Source: Minisyncoccota bacterium (GTDB lineage: Bacteria > Patescibacteriota > Minisyncoccia > Phycocordibacterales > UBA9973). From it: a stretch of DNA of 64,000 bases. The DNA lies in assembly GCA_031972855.1 (NCBI GenBank), contig DALYDY010000002.1:99263-163262 (forward strand). Direction: 5' to 3'. A program made the position numbers and the translations under genes. The notes under the pieces were generated by a model, which was not told the origin of the DNA, ran no database searches, and was given only the letters and a program-made list of their open reading frames with translations. Below, piece by piece: positions 27,630 to 37,685 of the stretch (the stretch's first letter is position 1; every line of letters starts with the position of its first letter).

Positions 27630-28451
27630 ATGGATAATTTAACTGAAAAAATAATAAACAAAATAAAAGAAAATGAAGTAAAACCTGTTCCTAGGTGGCA
27701 TTTTGTAATTAAAAGAATATTTTTATGGGTGCCAGGAATAATCTGTACATTAATAGGTGGTATATCAGTATACGCAATCATGTACGGAACTAGTCATAAT
27801 GGGTGGGAATTTAGAAGATTTACACATCAATCAAATTATGAATTTTTAGTTGATACTCTTCAATATATTTGGATATTATCTTTTGTATTATTTTATATAT
27901 TTACAATAAATCTAATAAGAATAACAAAGGATGGATATAAGTATAAAATATCATCTATATTATTAATTAGTTTTTTAACTAGTGTAATAATTGGAACTTC
28001 TGTATTTATTTTGATAAATACTAGCACAATGAAATATTCCTTTGGTTTTGAAGGTCAAATAAAGAATGAACAACGATTGCACTGGTCTTTTCCAGAAAAA
28101 GGTAGGGTTTTAGGATTAATAACAGATATAAAAGAAAATAATTATATTATTGTAAAAGATCAGGAAGGTAATGAATGGAATTTAAATATAGAACAAATAC
28201 CTGCTGATATAAAAAATAATATAGAGGAAGGGGATATTATTAGGGTTTTGGGTGAAATAACAGAAAAAAATAATTTTACTGCGTGTGCTATATTTCCTTG
28301 GGATTTTGAAAATGAATTAGAAATAAGAAACAAGCCTTCAAAAAAAGAATTTAGAAAAAATGTTATTAGAAAAGGTGAAAAAGAAAGAATTATTGACCAA
28401 TGCAAAAAATTTGATCTATTTAACAAAAGTGAAATAAAAATACATCTATAA
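27630..28451 (+). CDS. membrane protein downstream of the ECF sigma (putative anti-sigma factor)
   Basis: Starts 2 nt after the sigma-factor stop; TM helices after a short cytoplasmic N-terminus. Confidence 0.45.
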   Translation: MDNLTEKIINKIKENEVKPVPRWHFVIKRIFLWVPGIICTLIGGISVYAIMYGTSHNGWEFRRFTHQSNYEFLVDTLQYIWILSFVLFYIFTINLIRITKDGYKYKISSILLISFLTSVIIGTSVFILINTSTMKYSFGFEGQIKNEQRLHWSFPEKGRVLGLITDIKENNYIIVKDQEGNEWNLNIEQIPADIKNNIEEGDIIRVLGEITEKNNFTACAIFPWDFENELEIRNKPSKKEFRKNVIRKGEKERIIDQCKKFDLFNKSEIKIHL

Positions 28452-28515
28452 CGTATTAATATATGTGCGCACAAAAAATAAAATAAAATTTTACTAGAAT
28501 TAACTTGAAAAAAAT

Positions 28516-28965
28516 ATGTATAAATACACAAAAGAAATGAGAAAATCGGGTAAAAACTTTATAATAGGAGGAACTATGAGTGTTATAGCCTTAACAAGTT
28601 ATGCTGGTATAGCAGAAGCTCAAACAATGGATAAAACCCAAAACAATGTAAGACAAGAAAGAGTTCATTTTAAGACACCTCCGACAGAAATTCAAAAAAA
28701 AGCTTTAGAAGAAGCTAGGGATCAATTTAAACTAGGTAACAAAGAAAAAGCTGAGCAAATAATAAAAGAAGCTGGTCTTGAAGGAAAATTTTTAAAGAAC
28801 CACTTTAAAAAAGTAGTTCTTTCTGATACTCAAAAGCAAGCAATCATCAATGCGAAAGCTCAAATGAAAGCTGGAGATAAGACAGGAGCAAAAGTAACTT
28901 TAAAAAATGCAGGACTTCCAGAAAATGGTTTTAGACAGGGGTGGTTTAAAGGAAAAAGAGTTTAA
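28516..28965 (+). CDS. hypothetical secreted protein
   Basis: Signal-peptide-like N-terminus; terminator hairpin at 29051-29085. Confidence 0.45.
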   Translation: MYKYTKEMRKSGKNFIIGGTMSVIALTSYAGIAEAQTMDKTQNNVRQERVHFKTPPTEIQKKALEEARDQFKLGNKEKAEQIIKEAGLEGKFLKNHFKKVVLSDTQKQAIINAKAQMKAGDKTGAKVTLKNAGLPENGFRQGWFKGKRV

Positions 28966-29136
28966 ATAAAAAATTAATAATTACAAACACAAAATCATAT
29001 AAAATTATTGAAGAAAAAAAGTGATTATTTAAAATTAATTTATGTTATGGGTCGGTATATAAAATTTATATACCGACTTTTTGTATGGTAAAATTAAAAA
29101 ATTAATAGGGAAGTCACTCTCCTATTCAAAAAAAAT

Positions 29137-29595
29137 ATGAAATATTGGCTATTAAAATCAGAAGGTACTTGCTACCCTATATCACAATTAAAGAAAGATA
29201 GGACGACTTCTTGGACTGGAATTCGGAATTATCAAGCAAGGAACTACATGATGAAAGATATGTCTGTGGGAGACCTTTGCCTCTTCTATCATTCAACAAG
29301 TAAACCTAGTGGCGTATATGGACTTGCAAAGGTGTCTGGTAAGCCTCACACAGATGAAACTCAGTTTGATAAAAAAGATGAACATTATGACCCTAAAGCA
29401 ACAAAAGAAAAACCTATTTGGTACTGTGTCGACATTTCATTTTTAGAAGCTTTTAAATCACCTATAAGCTTAGATCAAATTAAATTCGATACAAACTTAG
29501 ATGGCATGATGGTTAGAGCTCAAGGATCAAGACTTTCTATACAACCAGTAAAAGAAAATCATTTCAAGTATATTGTTGAAAAAATGAAGCCTTAA
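29137..29595 (+). CDS. EVE (PUA-like) domain protein
   Basis: MKYWLLKSE…SWTGIRNYQARNYMMKDMSVGDLCLFYHS…GVYGLAKV matches the EVE/DUF55 family. Confidence 0.75.
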   Translation: MKYWLLKSEGTCYPISQLKKDRTTSWTGIRNYQARNYMMKDMSVGDLCLFYHSTSKPSGVYGLAKVSGKPHTDETQFDKKDEHYDPKATKEKPIWYCVDISFLEAFKSPISLDQIKFDTNLDGMMVRAQGSRLSIQPVKENHFKYIVEKMKP

Positions 29596-30174
29596 AATGA
29601 CCTATAAGCCACACATAATAGGTAAACACGAACAACTACTCATATACCAGATAAAGTAAATTATTCCTTACAAGGAATTTTTTATTTTTTGACAGGGAAG
29701 TCATTTTTTGTATTTTTTATAAAAAACTGTTTTTTATAATTTTTCAAAAAAAGTGACAAAAACCTTAAGAGAAGTGGTTGTTTAAGAAAGACGCTGCTAG
29801 TGAATTATAGAGATGTAACAAATAATACTAAGTGTTGTATTTAATAGAAAAAATGTAGTTTTTACAATATGTATATATTTAAAGCTTTATTTTTATATTC
29901 TATGTCGCAAAAGATATATTGTGCGACACTATAATAGTTTTCCACACCTATACCCTCATATCGTGAAACTTGCACATTTGACGAAAATATTTTGTTATTA
30001 TATTTATTAAAATGTAATAACAAAATATTCCTAAGGATATTTGTAAACAATTAATCAAGTATACCTAACTTGTATACTCTCCCCTTAAGTGGTGTTGGTT
30101 TAAAATATTACTTGACATATATTATAATTAGTGTTTTAAATATAAAAGCCCCATTTGTTGTGAGGCTTTTATAT

Positions 30175-31098
30175 TTACTTAACTTCAACACAATTATTAA
30201 ATGCTTTGACTTGATTGTTGTATGTATCTACAGCCTGCTTAATAGTCTTTGATAGTGTATTATACTCTGAAGCTTTTTGATTATATGTTGTAATAATACT
30301 TGCAACAGAGACTCCTGAACTATTTGGTGTATGTTTACTAATTATTGATTGCAATGACTTTAAATCAATATCTAGAATCTCTACATCTTTTTTTAGTGTA
30401 TCTATTTGTATTTTCAACTTTTCATCAATCGAAGGACAATTTGATCGTGGATTACCAAAATGTTGTACAGCCATCCAAACTTTTTTACCTTGATATGTAC
30501 CTTCAACAATACCAATACCTATCTCTGTATATTTTGTTTGTAATATATTAGCACGGTGTCCAGGACTATTCATCCAAGCATCAACAATCTCTTGTCCTGT
30601 TGTAAAAGGACCCATAGCAAGATTTTCACCAACTGTTATATACTCATATTTAACATCAGAAACAAGATCAGATATCCCGCGTCCATCAGGAGAATCATGT
30701 TCAAAATATTGTCTTTTTAACATGTCATTTGTTTTAAACAAAGCAGAACTATTTAGTAGTGAGTTTTCTTTTAATGCTGGTAGATTATTTTCTACTCTAG
30801 CATTATTTGTTGATTCGATAATTGAAGCAATAGTTAGCTCTCCTTTTGTTTTTGTTGATATAGATCCAGGATCAACAATCAAAGCACCAGGTGTAGACAA
30901 AAAACCTATTTCTGAAACACTATCTTCAATAGAACCATCAAGTCCTATTTGTGCTTTTGATATAGAATTTTTTACAAAAGAGATACTACTATTTAAAACA
31001 TTTGGACCATATTTTTTAAATAATCTTAAAACATCTTCACTATAAATATATATACCATACAAAATAGCTAGTGTTAAAATGAGTTTTATTATACGCAT
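30175..31098 (-). CDS. secreted CAP/SCP/PR-1 domain protein
   Basis: N-terminal signal; C-terminal CAP motifs (HRANIL…, YTEIGIG, GENLA). Confidence 0.65.
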   Translation of the reverse strand: MRIIKLILTLAILYGIYIYSEDVLRLFKKYGPNVLNSSISFVKNSISKAQIGLDGSIEDSVSEIGFLSTPGALIVDPGSISTKTKGELTIASIIESTNNARVENNLPALKENSLLNSSALFKTNDMLKRQYFEHDSPDGRGISDLVSDVKYEYITVGENLAMGPFTTGQEIVDAWMNSPGHRANILQTKYTEIGIGIVEGTYQGKKVWMAVQHFGNPRSNCPSIDEKLKIQIDTLKKDVEILDIDLKSLQSIISKHTPNSSGVSVASIITTYNQKASEYNTLSKTIKQAVDTYNNQVKAFNNCVEVK

Positions 31099-31114
31099 AA
31101 ATTAATATAAATAA

Positions 31115-31588
31115 TTATTCACAACTTGGTGAAGGAGAATATCCTTTTTGAATAGCTTCTTCTCTTGTATTAAAGTATACCCTATTTTTTAAAACTATAC
31201 TTGATGAAGCACTGCATTCAATAGGATAAAATCTTTTTCCTCTTTTTGAAGCAACATAAGAACCAGAAGAAGTAGGTGTTGAAATACTTTTTATAGCACT
31301 TGCCTGCCCTAAATTATTAGCGCCTATTGACATAGTATTATAATTTGTGTCATTATTCGCAGTTTTTATGTTTTGAATATTCACACATGAATTATCCTTA
31401 TTTTCTAAAGATAAAGATATTCTACCCAGTAAAAAAGAACTTGTACCAGTCAAAATAACTATTAAAATAAAGGCTATAAGTCTCCCCCTTTCACTATCCA
31501 AAAAGCCCTTGATTTTTTGAATAAAATTAGTTATACTCATATAACTTAGTATAACAAAGATTAGAAATAAAATAACACTATGGCACAT
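31115..31588 (-). CDS. membrane-anchored hypothetical protein
   Basis: N-terminal TM; C-terminal tail resembles an Ada-type metal-binding domain but carries only two Cys. Confidence 0.4.
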   Translation of the reverse strand: MCHSVILFLIFVILSYMSITNFIQKIKGFLDSERGRLIAFILIVILTGTSSFLLGRISLSLENKDNSCVNIQNIKTANNDTNYNTMSIGANNLGQASAIKSISTPTSSGSYVASKRGKRFYPIECSASSSIVLKNRVYFNTREEAIQKGYSPSPSCE

Positions 31589-31852
31589 AGAAAAGCTGGC
31601 GGTTCAGCAAAAAACCTTACCGACTCAAACCCACAATATTTAGGAACTAAACTATACGCTGGAGAACACGCTCAAGCAGGTAGTATTATCGTTCGCCAAA
31701 GAGGAACAAAAATCCTCCCAGGAAATAACGTTGGACTTGGAAAAGACCACACTCTTTTTGCTTTGAAAGAAGGAAAAGTTAAGTTTGGAATAAAAAGAAA
31801 AACTCATTTTGATGGAAAAACAGTAGTCAAAAAAGTTGTAAACATTGAATAA
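31580..31852 (+). CDS. rpmA: 50S ribosomal protein L27
   Basis: MAHRKAGGS…[11 protein letters not shown]…. Confidence 0.9.
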   Translation: MAHRKAGGSAKNLTDSNPQYLGTKLYAGEHAQAGSIIVRQRGTKILPGNNVGLGKDHTLFALKEGKVKFGIKRKTHFDGKTVVKKVVNIE

Positions 31853-31880
31853 TAAAAGCCCGACATATGTCGGGCTTTTA

Positions 31881-32321
31881 TTATTTTTGAGTAATTTTTA
31901 AATAGAAAGAACTGCTTTTATTACCTACTCTTACTTTTATATCATGAGTACCTGTTGTTTTAATTGGTTTTTCAAGATCAATCAATTTTTCATCAATATT
32001 GATGTTATTTTGACTAAGAAATTCAATTATATCTTTAGAATGTATTCCGGAAAAAAGATGCCCTTCATTATTGGCTGGTAACGAAACTTCTATAGAAACA
32101 TCTTTGATGGATTCTAAGTTTTTATCAAGCAAATTGTTTTGAATATCTTTATCAATTTTTATAGATTCTAATTTCTTTTTTAAAGAAGCTATTGATTTTT
32201 CATTTGCTGGAACAGCTATCTTTTGAGGAAAAAGGAAATTTTGTGCATAGCCATCATTAACATCTTTTATTTCGTCTTGTCTTCCAATATTTTTAATTGT
32301 TTTTAAAAAAATAACTTTCAT
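31881..32321 (-). CDS. rplI: 50S ribosomal protein L9
   Basis: MKVIFLKTIKNIGRQDEIKDVNDGYAQNFLFP. Confidence 0.85.
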   Translation of the reverse strand: MKVIFLKTIKNIGRQDEIKDVNDGYAQNFLFPQKIAVPANEKSIASLKKKLESIKIDKDIQNNLLDKNLESIKDVSIEVSLPANNEGHLFSGIHSKDIIEFLSQNNINIDEKLIDLEKPIKTTGTHDIKVRVGNKSSSFYLKITQK

Positions 32322-32326
32322 ATATT

Positions 32327-33535
32327 TTAATTATTTAGTAATAATATTGCCTTGTTTAGTTGAGGGTCATTTTTTGAGATAATATCTTCTTCTGTTACAG
32401 AAACATCAAAATCAGGAGTTAGGCCATTATTTGATATAGATAAACCATTTGGAGTTAGCCATTTTGCAATTGTTATTTTTAAAGAAGTATTATTTGTAAC
32501 AGGAACAACTTCTTGAACAGAACCTTTTCCAAAAGTCTTTTTTCCTACTAAAACAGCTTTTTTGTGATCTTGCATAGCTCCTGCAAATATTTCTGAAGCA
32601 GATGCTGATCCCCCGTCCACAAGTATAACTATTTTATAATCATCATTAAAAATATTATATCCTTTACTCAAATGTTTTTTCTGTTCTTTATTTTCACCAA
32701 AATCTTCTTTTACAATAACTTCACCTGAAGGCAAGAACCAACTAACCATATCTATAGCTGAATCTAAATATCCACCAGGATTGCCTCTTAGGTCAATAAT
32801 CAATTTTTTATTTCCTGATAAATAAAATTCTCTCAAAGCTTCTCTAAATTTATTTTCAACATTTTCAGAAAAAGTATAAACACTGATTATATTAACACCT
32901 TCTTTTATATCACTTTCAACAACTGGTACAACTATTGTATCTCTAACGATATTAAAAACTATTGGATCTTTATAGTCTTTTCTTATAATAGTTATTTTTA
33001 CATTAGTTCCCTTTTGACCTCTTATCAATTTTATAGCTTTATCAACAGATAAATCTTTTGTAAAAACATCATCTATTTTAAAAATAATATCTCCTGATTT
33101 AATCCCAGCACTATAAGCTGGTGTGTTTTTTAAAGCAGACACAGCCGTCAATAAACCATCTTTTATTCCCACCTCCATACCAATACCACCAAATTCTCCT
33201 GAAATTGTTTCTGAGAAAGCCTTATTCTCTTCTGGAGGAAAGAAAACAGTGTAAGGATCACCTAGAGAGCTAGCTAAGCCCTGTATAGCACTATAAACTC
33301 TTTCTTCTGAAGATACTTCGCTTGCGCTTGGTGACTTTTCATCTATAAGCTTCCAAACACGCCAAAAAGAAGACATATTGACGTCATTTTTTGATATTCC
33401 TAATGTATCAACACTTATAGAGGAATTATTTTTCCCTGTATAATATCCAGTACCAAAAATTATTATTCCTGCTACAAAAACAGAGAATATAGTTATAGTT
33501 CTATTTTTTTGTCTTCTAATAAAATTATCTTCCAT
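32327..33535 (-). CDS. ctpA: carboxyl-terminal processing protease (S41)
   Basis: PDZ region plus S41 catalytic region (GGIGMEV…, IVILVDGGSASASEIFAGAMQ). Confidence 0.8.
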   Translation of the reverse strand: MEDNFIRRQKNRTITIFSVFVAGIIIFGTGYYTGKNNSSISVDTLGISKNDVNMSSFWRVWKLIDEKSPSASEVSSEERVYSAIQGLASSLGDPYTVFFPPEENKAFSETISGEFGGIGMEVGIKDGLLTAVSALKNTPAYSAGIKSGDIIFKIDDVFTKDLSVDKAIKLIRGQKGTNVKITIIRKDYKDPIVFNIVRDTIVVPVVESDIKEGVNIISVYTFSENVENKFREALREFYLSGNKKLIIDLRGNPGGYLDSAIDMVSWFLPSGEVIVKEDFGENKEQKKHLSKGYNIFNDDYKIVILVDGGSASASEIFAGAMQDHKKAVLVGKKTFGKGSVQEVVPVTNNTSLKITIAKWLTPNGLSISNNGLTPDFDVSVTEEDIISKNDPQLNKAILLLNN

Positions 33536-33538
33536 ATT

Positions 33539-33760
33539 TTAAATATTTGGAATTTGGTTTAAAACATCTTCACCAGCAACACTTTGTGTATTTTCTTGTT
33601 TTTCTTTATTTAAACGTTCGCGCCAAACTACGTATCCAATAATCACAACAAATAAACCTGTTAGTATAAGTAATACTTTTTTCCAGCTAGTCGGAAAACC
33701 TAAAAAAGGTAATATCATTATCCAGATACCAATAAAAAGTAATGTATAATCTCGTTTCAT
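33539..33760 (-). CDS. small membrane protein
   Basis: Two TM helices; ORF only. Confidence 0.4.
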   Translation of the reverse strand: MKRDYTLLFIGIWIMILPFLGFPTSWKKVLLILTGLFVVIIGYVVWRERLNKEKQENTQSVAGEDVLNQIPNI

Positions 33761-33780
33761 ATCTAGATAGTATACAAGAC

Positions 33781-34461
33781 CTAGAGAGGAGCCACAATAA
33801 CCACAAACTCACCACGCAGAAGTCGTTCGTCTTCGTCAAATTTTTCAATTAAATTAATAGCTTTTCCTGATAAAACTTGCTCGTGTATCTTTGTTAATTC
33901 TTTAACAATAACAATTTGGTTTTCAGGTAATTTTTCAGATAGAGAAAGTAGAGTTTTTTTGATTCTATGTGTTGATTCATAAAAAACGACAGGAATATCA
34001 CTTTTTTTCATGTTTTCAAAAATAGTATTTCTTCCATTTTTTTGAGGAAGGAATCCAAGAAACTCAAAAGAAGATACAGGAATTCCGGAAATTGAAAGTG
34101 CAGAAATAACAGCACTTGGACCCGGAATACTTTCTATTTTTACTTCAGGTAATTCATCTTTTATTTGTTTTATTAAAAGAAATCCAGGATCAGAAATACA
34201 GGGTGTTCCAGCATCTGTGACCAAACACAGATGTTTTCCTTCTTCTAATTTTGCAAGTATAGGAATAACTCTTTCTTTTGTGGAATGAGCATCATATCTA
34301 AAAAGAGGCTTTTTAATGTTGTAGTGAGAAAGTAATTTACCAGTTACGCGAGTGTCTTCACAAAGAACAGCATCACACTCAGAAAGAATGCGAATAGCTC
34401 GAAGTGTAATATCTTCGAGGTTTCCTATTGGAGTAGATACTACAGAGAGTGTGCCTTTCAT
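33781..34461 (-). CDS. rsmI: 16S rRNA (cytidine1402-2'-O)-methyltransferase
   Basis: Tetrapyrrole-methylase fold with N-terminal GTLSVVSTPIGNLEDITLRA. Confidence 0.8.
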   Translation of the reverse strand: MKGTLSVVSTPIGNLEDITLRAIRILSECDAVLCEDTRVTGKLLSHYNIKKPLFRYDAHSTKERVIPILAKLEEGKHLCLVTDAGTPCISDPGFLLIKQIKDELPEVKIESIPGPSAVISALSISGIPVSSFEFLGFLPQKNGRNTIFENMKKSDIPVVFYESTHRIKKTLLSLSEKLPENQIVIVKELTKIHEQVLSGKAINLIEKFDEDERLLRGEFVVIVAPL

Positions 34462-34519
34462 ATATATATTATAACTTATTTAAAACAAAAAAACCTCATA
34501 TGAGGTTATTTTGTTTTTT

Positions 34520-34550
34520 GTGCGTGTACTTGGAATCGGACCAAGGACCT
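34520..34550 (-). repeat. 31-nt exact duplicate of the tRNA-Ile 3' end (T-arm plus acceptor 3' strand)
   Basis: Positions 34520-34550 are identical to 34588-34618; an att-like direct repeat. Confidence 0.7.
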
Positions 34551-34588
34551 TATTAAAAAATTCCTTTAAAAAAATATTCCACCCTAAG

Positions 34589-34660
34589 TGCGTGTACTTG
34601 GAATCGGACCAAGGACCTCTGTCTTATCAGGACAGCGTTCTACCACTGAACTATACACGC
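34589..34660 (-). tRNA. tRNA-Ile (anticodon GAT)
   Basis: Cloverleaf folded by hand: acceptor GCGTGTA/TACACGC, D-arm GTTC…GAAC, anticodon loop CTGATAA, T-loop TCCGATT; 72 nt. Confidence 0.8.
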
Positions 34661-34712
34661 ACACAAGAAACAATATTATTTTTTAAAGGTTTTTTTCAAC
34701 ACTCCGTGTTGA

Positions 34713-34772
34713 GGACAGCTGATAACTCATCACGTCCGAAGGGACGCTTCGTCACCACTGAACTATACACGC
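34713..34772 (-). pseudogene. pseudo-tRNA: duplicated 5' half of tRNA-Ile (acceptor plus D-arm, 19/19 nt) interrupted by an unrelated ~33-nt hairpin insert
   Basis: accactgaactatacacgc at 34754-34772 equals 34642-34660; ggacagc is also shared; the D-stem cannot close, so not a functional tRNA. Confidence 0.55.
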
Positions 34773-34852
34773 GTTTCTAGAATATACCAAAAAAACCTAT
34801 ATTTAGCAAATAAAATTATGTTATAAATTTATGTATAATATTCGAGCAACCT

Positions 34853-35827
34853 TTATTCATCATCTGAATCACCCACAGTTCCAGATTGGAGAGCATCAAC
34901 GATTTTCTGTATATTACCCAACATTATACCAGGTAAATTTGACCATGATTGCTTAATGCGGTGATCAGTAATTCTATCTTGAGGGAAGTTATATGTGCGA
35001 ATTTTTTCACTTCTATCCCCTGTCCCTATTTGATCACGACGTTCACCTTCATATTTTTTTGCTTCTTCTTCATCTTTTTTGAGTTGTAATTTTGAAAGCA
35101 AAATAGACATAGCGCGTTCACGATTTTTTAATTGACTTCTTTCTGAAGTACAGCGAACGTCTATTCCTGTTGGAGTGTGAATAAGACGCACAGCTGTTTC
35201 AACCTTGTTCACATTTTGACCACCAGCACCACCAGAGCGAGAATACTCAATTTCTAAATCGCTTGGATTAATTACAAAAGTGCTTCTTGTACGAATAGGA
35301 AGAACAGCCACAGTAACTGTAGATGTGTGAACACGGCCATTCTTCTCAGTTTGAGGAATACGTTGAACACGATGAACCCCAGTCTCATATCGAAGAGTTT
35401 TGTATACGTCCTTACCTTTAATTTCAAAGGAGGCTTCTTTATACCCACCAGCTGAAGATAAAGATGTCTCAAGTGTTGTCCATTGCCACTTACGAGTCAC
35501 AGCATAGCCTTTATACATCTCTACAAGCTCTCCAGCAAAGAGAGATGCTTCATCTCCACCTGCACCAGCACGAATTTCAAAAACAACTTCATTTGGAAAT
35601 TCTTCCTCTTCCTTGTCTGATTCAAGAATAGTTTTAATTTGAGAAATAAGTCCATCTTTTTCTATTTCAAGATTTTTTAAATCCTCTTCTGCCATATCTT
35701 TTAAAGAATCATCAAGAGCTAATTCTTTTGTTTCATCTATTTTATATAAGACAGACTGAAGTAAGCCTCCAAAATAAGATGTCTTGTGGTCTTTTTTTAT
35801 TGCTTCTAAATCAAAATCTATTTCCAT
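34853..35827 (-). CDS. prfA: peptide chain release factor, RF1-type
   Basis: GGQ motif ([11 protein letters not shown]); tripeptide discriminator region reads PQT (RF1-like PxT, not the RF2 SPF); no frameshift site. Confidence 0.7.
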   Translation of the reverse strand: MEIDFDLEAIKKDHKTSYFGGLLQSVLYKIDETKELALDDSLKDMAEEDLKNLEIEKDGLISQIKTILESDKEEEEFPNEVVFEIRAGAGGDEASLFAGELVEMYKGYAVTRKWQWTTLETSLSSAGGYKEASFEIKGKDVYKTLRYETGVHRVQRIPQTEKNGRVHTSTVTVAVLPIRTRSTFVINPSDLEIEYSRSGGAGGQNVNKVETAVRLIHTPTGIDVRCTSERSQLKNRERAMSILLSKLQLKKDEEEAKKYEGERRDQIGTGDRSEKIRTYNFPQDRITDHRIKQSWSNLPGIMLGNIQKIVDALQSGTVGDSDDE

Positions 35828-35886
35828 ATATGTATTGTAGCAAACAAAAAATCGCCTTACAAAGCGACTTTTTGTTTTGATTGAAT

Positions 35887-36141
35887 TTATTTACCTGCAA
35901 GTGAAGCGCGCTTTTTGAAACGATCAACACGTCCAGCAGTATCTAGAACTTTTTCAGTTCCTGTAAAGAATGGGTGTGAAGCACTTGAAATTTCAACACG
36001 GAAAAGTGGGTATTCTTTACCATCTGTCCATTTTGCTGTCTCTTTTGTATTTACTGTAGAGAGCACCAAAAATTGAGCTCCGTTTGAATTATCTTCAAAT
36101 ATAACGTAGCGGTTATTTTTTGGGTGTATATCTTTCTTCAT
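35887..36141 (-). CDS. rpmE: 50S ribosomal protein L31
   Basis: MKKDIHPK…HPFFTG. Confidence 0.85.
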   Translation of the reverse strand: MKKDIHPKNNRYVIFEDNSNGAQFLVLSTVNTKETAKWTDGKEYPLFRVEISSASHPFFTGTEKVLDTAGRVDRFKKRASLAGK

Positions 36142-36275
36142 AGTTATGAAATAATAGCATATTTTATAGTTACTAGCAACTAGTGAATAGTGATCAATAA
36201 AACGACAAATTATTAGTATAGGAAACAGGGAGTGGGGAGCCTTTAGCTCCCCACTCCCTGTTTAATTTATGGTTA

Positions 36276-37622
36276 TTATCTCTTAGATACTCCGTATTGT
36301 TTCAAGTAATTAATATCTGCTTGAATACTATCCTTTAATTTCATAACGCTTCTACCATAAGAACAATTTGATCCTCCTGTACCATAATATTTACAAGCAG
36401 CTTTTATTTCAGAAGTAGAACTACCCTGTCTTGCTCCAAGTTGAGTCAAATAAAGAGCTGAGGCCGTAAAAGCATCACGAGCTGACCATGGATTTGCAGA
36501 ACCTGTAATTGCTTTAACTTTTTCATCAAATATTTGCCATGTTGAAGGAATAAATTGAGCAGGACCCATCGCGCCACCATATCCAGCAACCCCGGCAATA
36601 GGACAAGACACAGCTGTTTTTGACCAATCAAAACCAAGAGAACTAACAATATTCAAAAATGGTTTTACATCTCTAGTCGGTTTCATAAGATTTGGCCAAA
36701 CTTTTCCTCCAGTACTTATACCAGCACCTGTTGTAGTATCAGTAAGGAAACACTTACCAACATTTGCTCCAAGTCTCGATTCTTGAGTCAGGATAGCAAG
36801 AACAAAGGCAGGGTCAACTCCTGTACTTCTAGACGCATCTTCAGCATATCCAAGTGCCACATCAAATCTAATTGCTTGAGAACCTCCAGCAAGATTAAAG
36901 AGTCTTGCCTTAATTTCTGTTACTCTTTTTTGTCTTTCTGCAACTTCTTTTTGATAAGCAGATTCTTTGTCTTTACTAATCGCAAGTAATTTCTTCTTTT
37001 CTGACTCACTTTTTTCTACTTGTTTTTTTTGACCCTCCAAAAGAACCTTTGCATCAACTTGATCATCTTTGTTATCTTGTAAATTTTTCTTTTCTTCTTC
37101 AGTGTCAGCTTTTACAATCTTAATACTATCCACAGCTGATTTTACAGATTTTTTTAGAGACGCAAAAGAGTCTAAATCTTGATAAAAATCAGAAACACTT
37201 TCATTTGATAAAAGCATGTACACAACATTTTCTTGACTCAAATCATTTGTCTTTTTTAATAGTTGAGTTAGAGAATCCTTTGATATATCTAATTTATCTT
37301 CCAAAACACCAATAGTCTTTGTTCTACTATTTATTTCTTTTGACAATTTATCAATCAAAAGATTTTTTGATTTAATTTTTGTTTTTGCTAAATTAATCTG
37401 ACTAGTAAGTAAATCAACATCTTTTTTAATAGTTCCTGACTGTTTTCTTTGTTCATTTAATTGAGCTTCTTTTTGAGCTATTTCTTTTTCTAAAGCTTGA
37501 AGTTCAGAATAAAGACGAGCTCTATCTTCTTCTGAAGTTTGAGCAAATACAAAGTGAGTACTTGTAAAAAGCACTACGAAAATCATTATTGGTATAACTA
37601 AACGCTTTATAAACATAGACAT
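36276..37622 (-). CDS. coiled-coil protein with a C-terminal lytic transglycosylase (SLT) domain
   Basis: Signal/TM, long coiled coil, then AILTQESRLGA…AMGPAQFIPSTW (SLT catalytic-Glu and GxMQFxPsTw motifs). Confidence 0.7.
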   Translation of the reverse strand: MSMFIKRLVIPIMIFVVLFTSTHFVFAQTSEEDRARLYSELQALEKEIAQKEAQLNEQRKQSGTIKKDVDLLTSQINLAKTKIKSKNLLIDKLSKEINSRTKTIGVLEDKLDISKDSLTQLLKKTNDLSQENVVYMLLSNESVSDFYQDLDSFASLKKSVKSAVDSIKIVKADTEEEKKNLQDNKDDQVDAKVLLEGQKKQVEKSESEKKKLLAISKDKESAYQKEVAERQKRVTEIKARLFNLAGGSQAIRFDVALGYAEDASRSTGVDPAFVLAILTQESRLGANVGKCFLTDTTTGAGISTGGKVWPNLMKPTRDVKPFLNIVSSLGFDWSKTAVSCPIAGVAGYGGAMGPAQFIPSTWQIFDEKVKAITGSANPWSARDAFTASALYLTQLGARQGSSTSEIKAACKYYGTGGSNCSYGRSVMKLKDSIQADINYLKQYGVSKR

Positions 37623-37685
37623 TAATTATAACACAAAAAAGAGCCTTTTCCGGCTCTTTTTTGTTAAAAATTATTTGACAATAGA

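Noticed and set aside
31115-31588. Ada-type zinc-binding domain at the C-terminus of the membrane protein
   Set aside because: Only two of the four expected Cys ligands are present (…YPIECS… and …SPSPSCE), so the resemblance ([15 protein letters not shown]) is noted but not called.
34700-34772. Possible hammerhead ribozyme or intron-containing tRNA in the pseudo-tRNA insert (gtgatgag plus a CUUCGG hairpin)
   Set aside because: The core reads GUGAUGA, not CUGANGA, and no GAAA or helix III is arranged appropriately. The D-stem cannot close (GTTC…GAAG), so it is not a functional or intron-bearing tRNA.
34511-34780. 89-aa plus-strand ORF in the ORF track
   Set aside because: It lies entirely over the tRNA-Ile gene, its duplicated halves and hairpin-rich non-coding DNA, so it is not a plausible protein gene.
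34853-35827. RF2 with programmed +1 frameshift
   Set aside because: The gene is one uninterrupted frame, the discriminator tripeptide is P-Q-T (RF1-type) and no SPF motif is present. It is called prfA instead.
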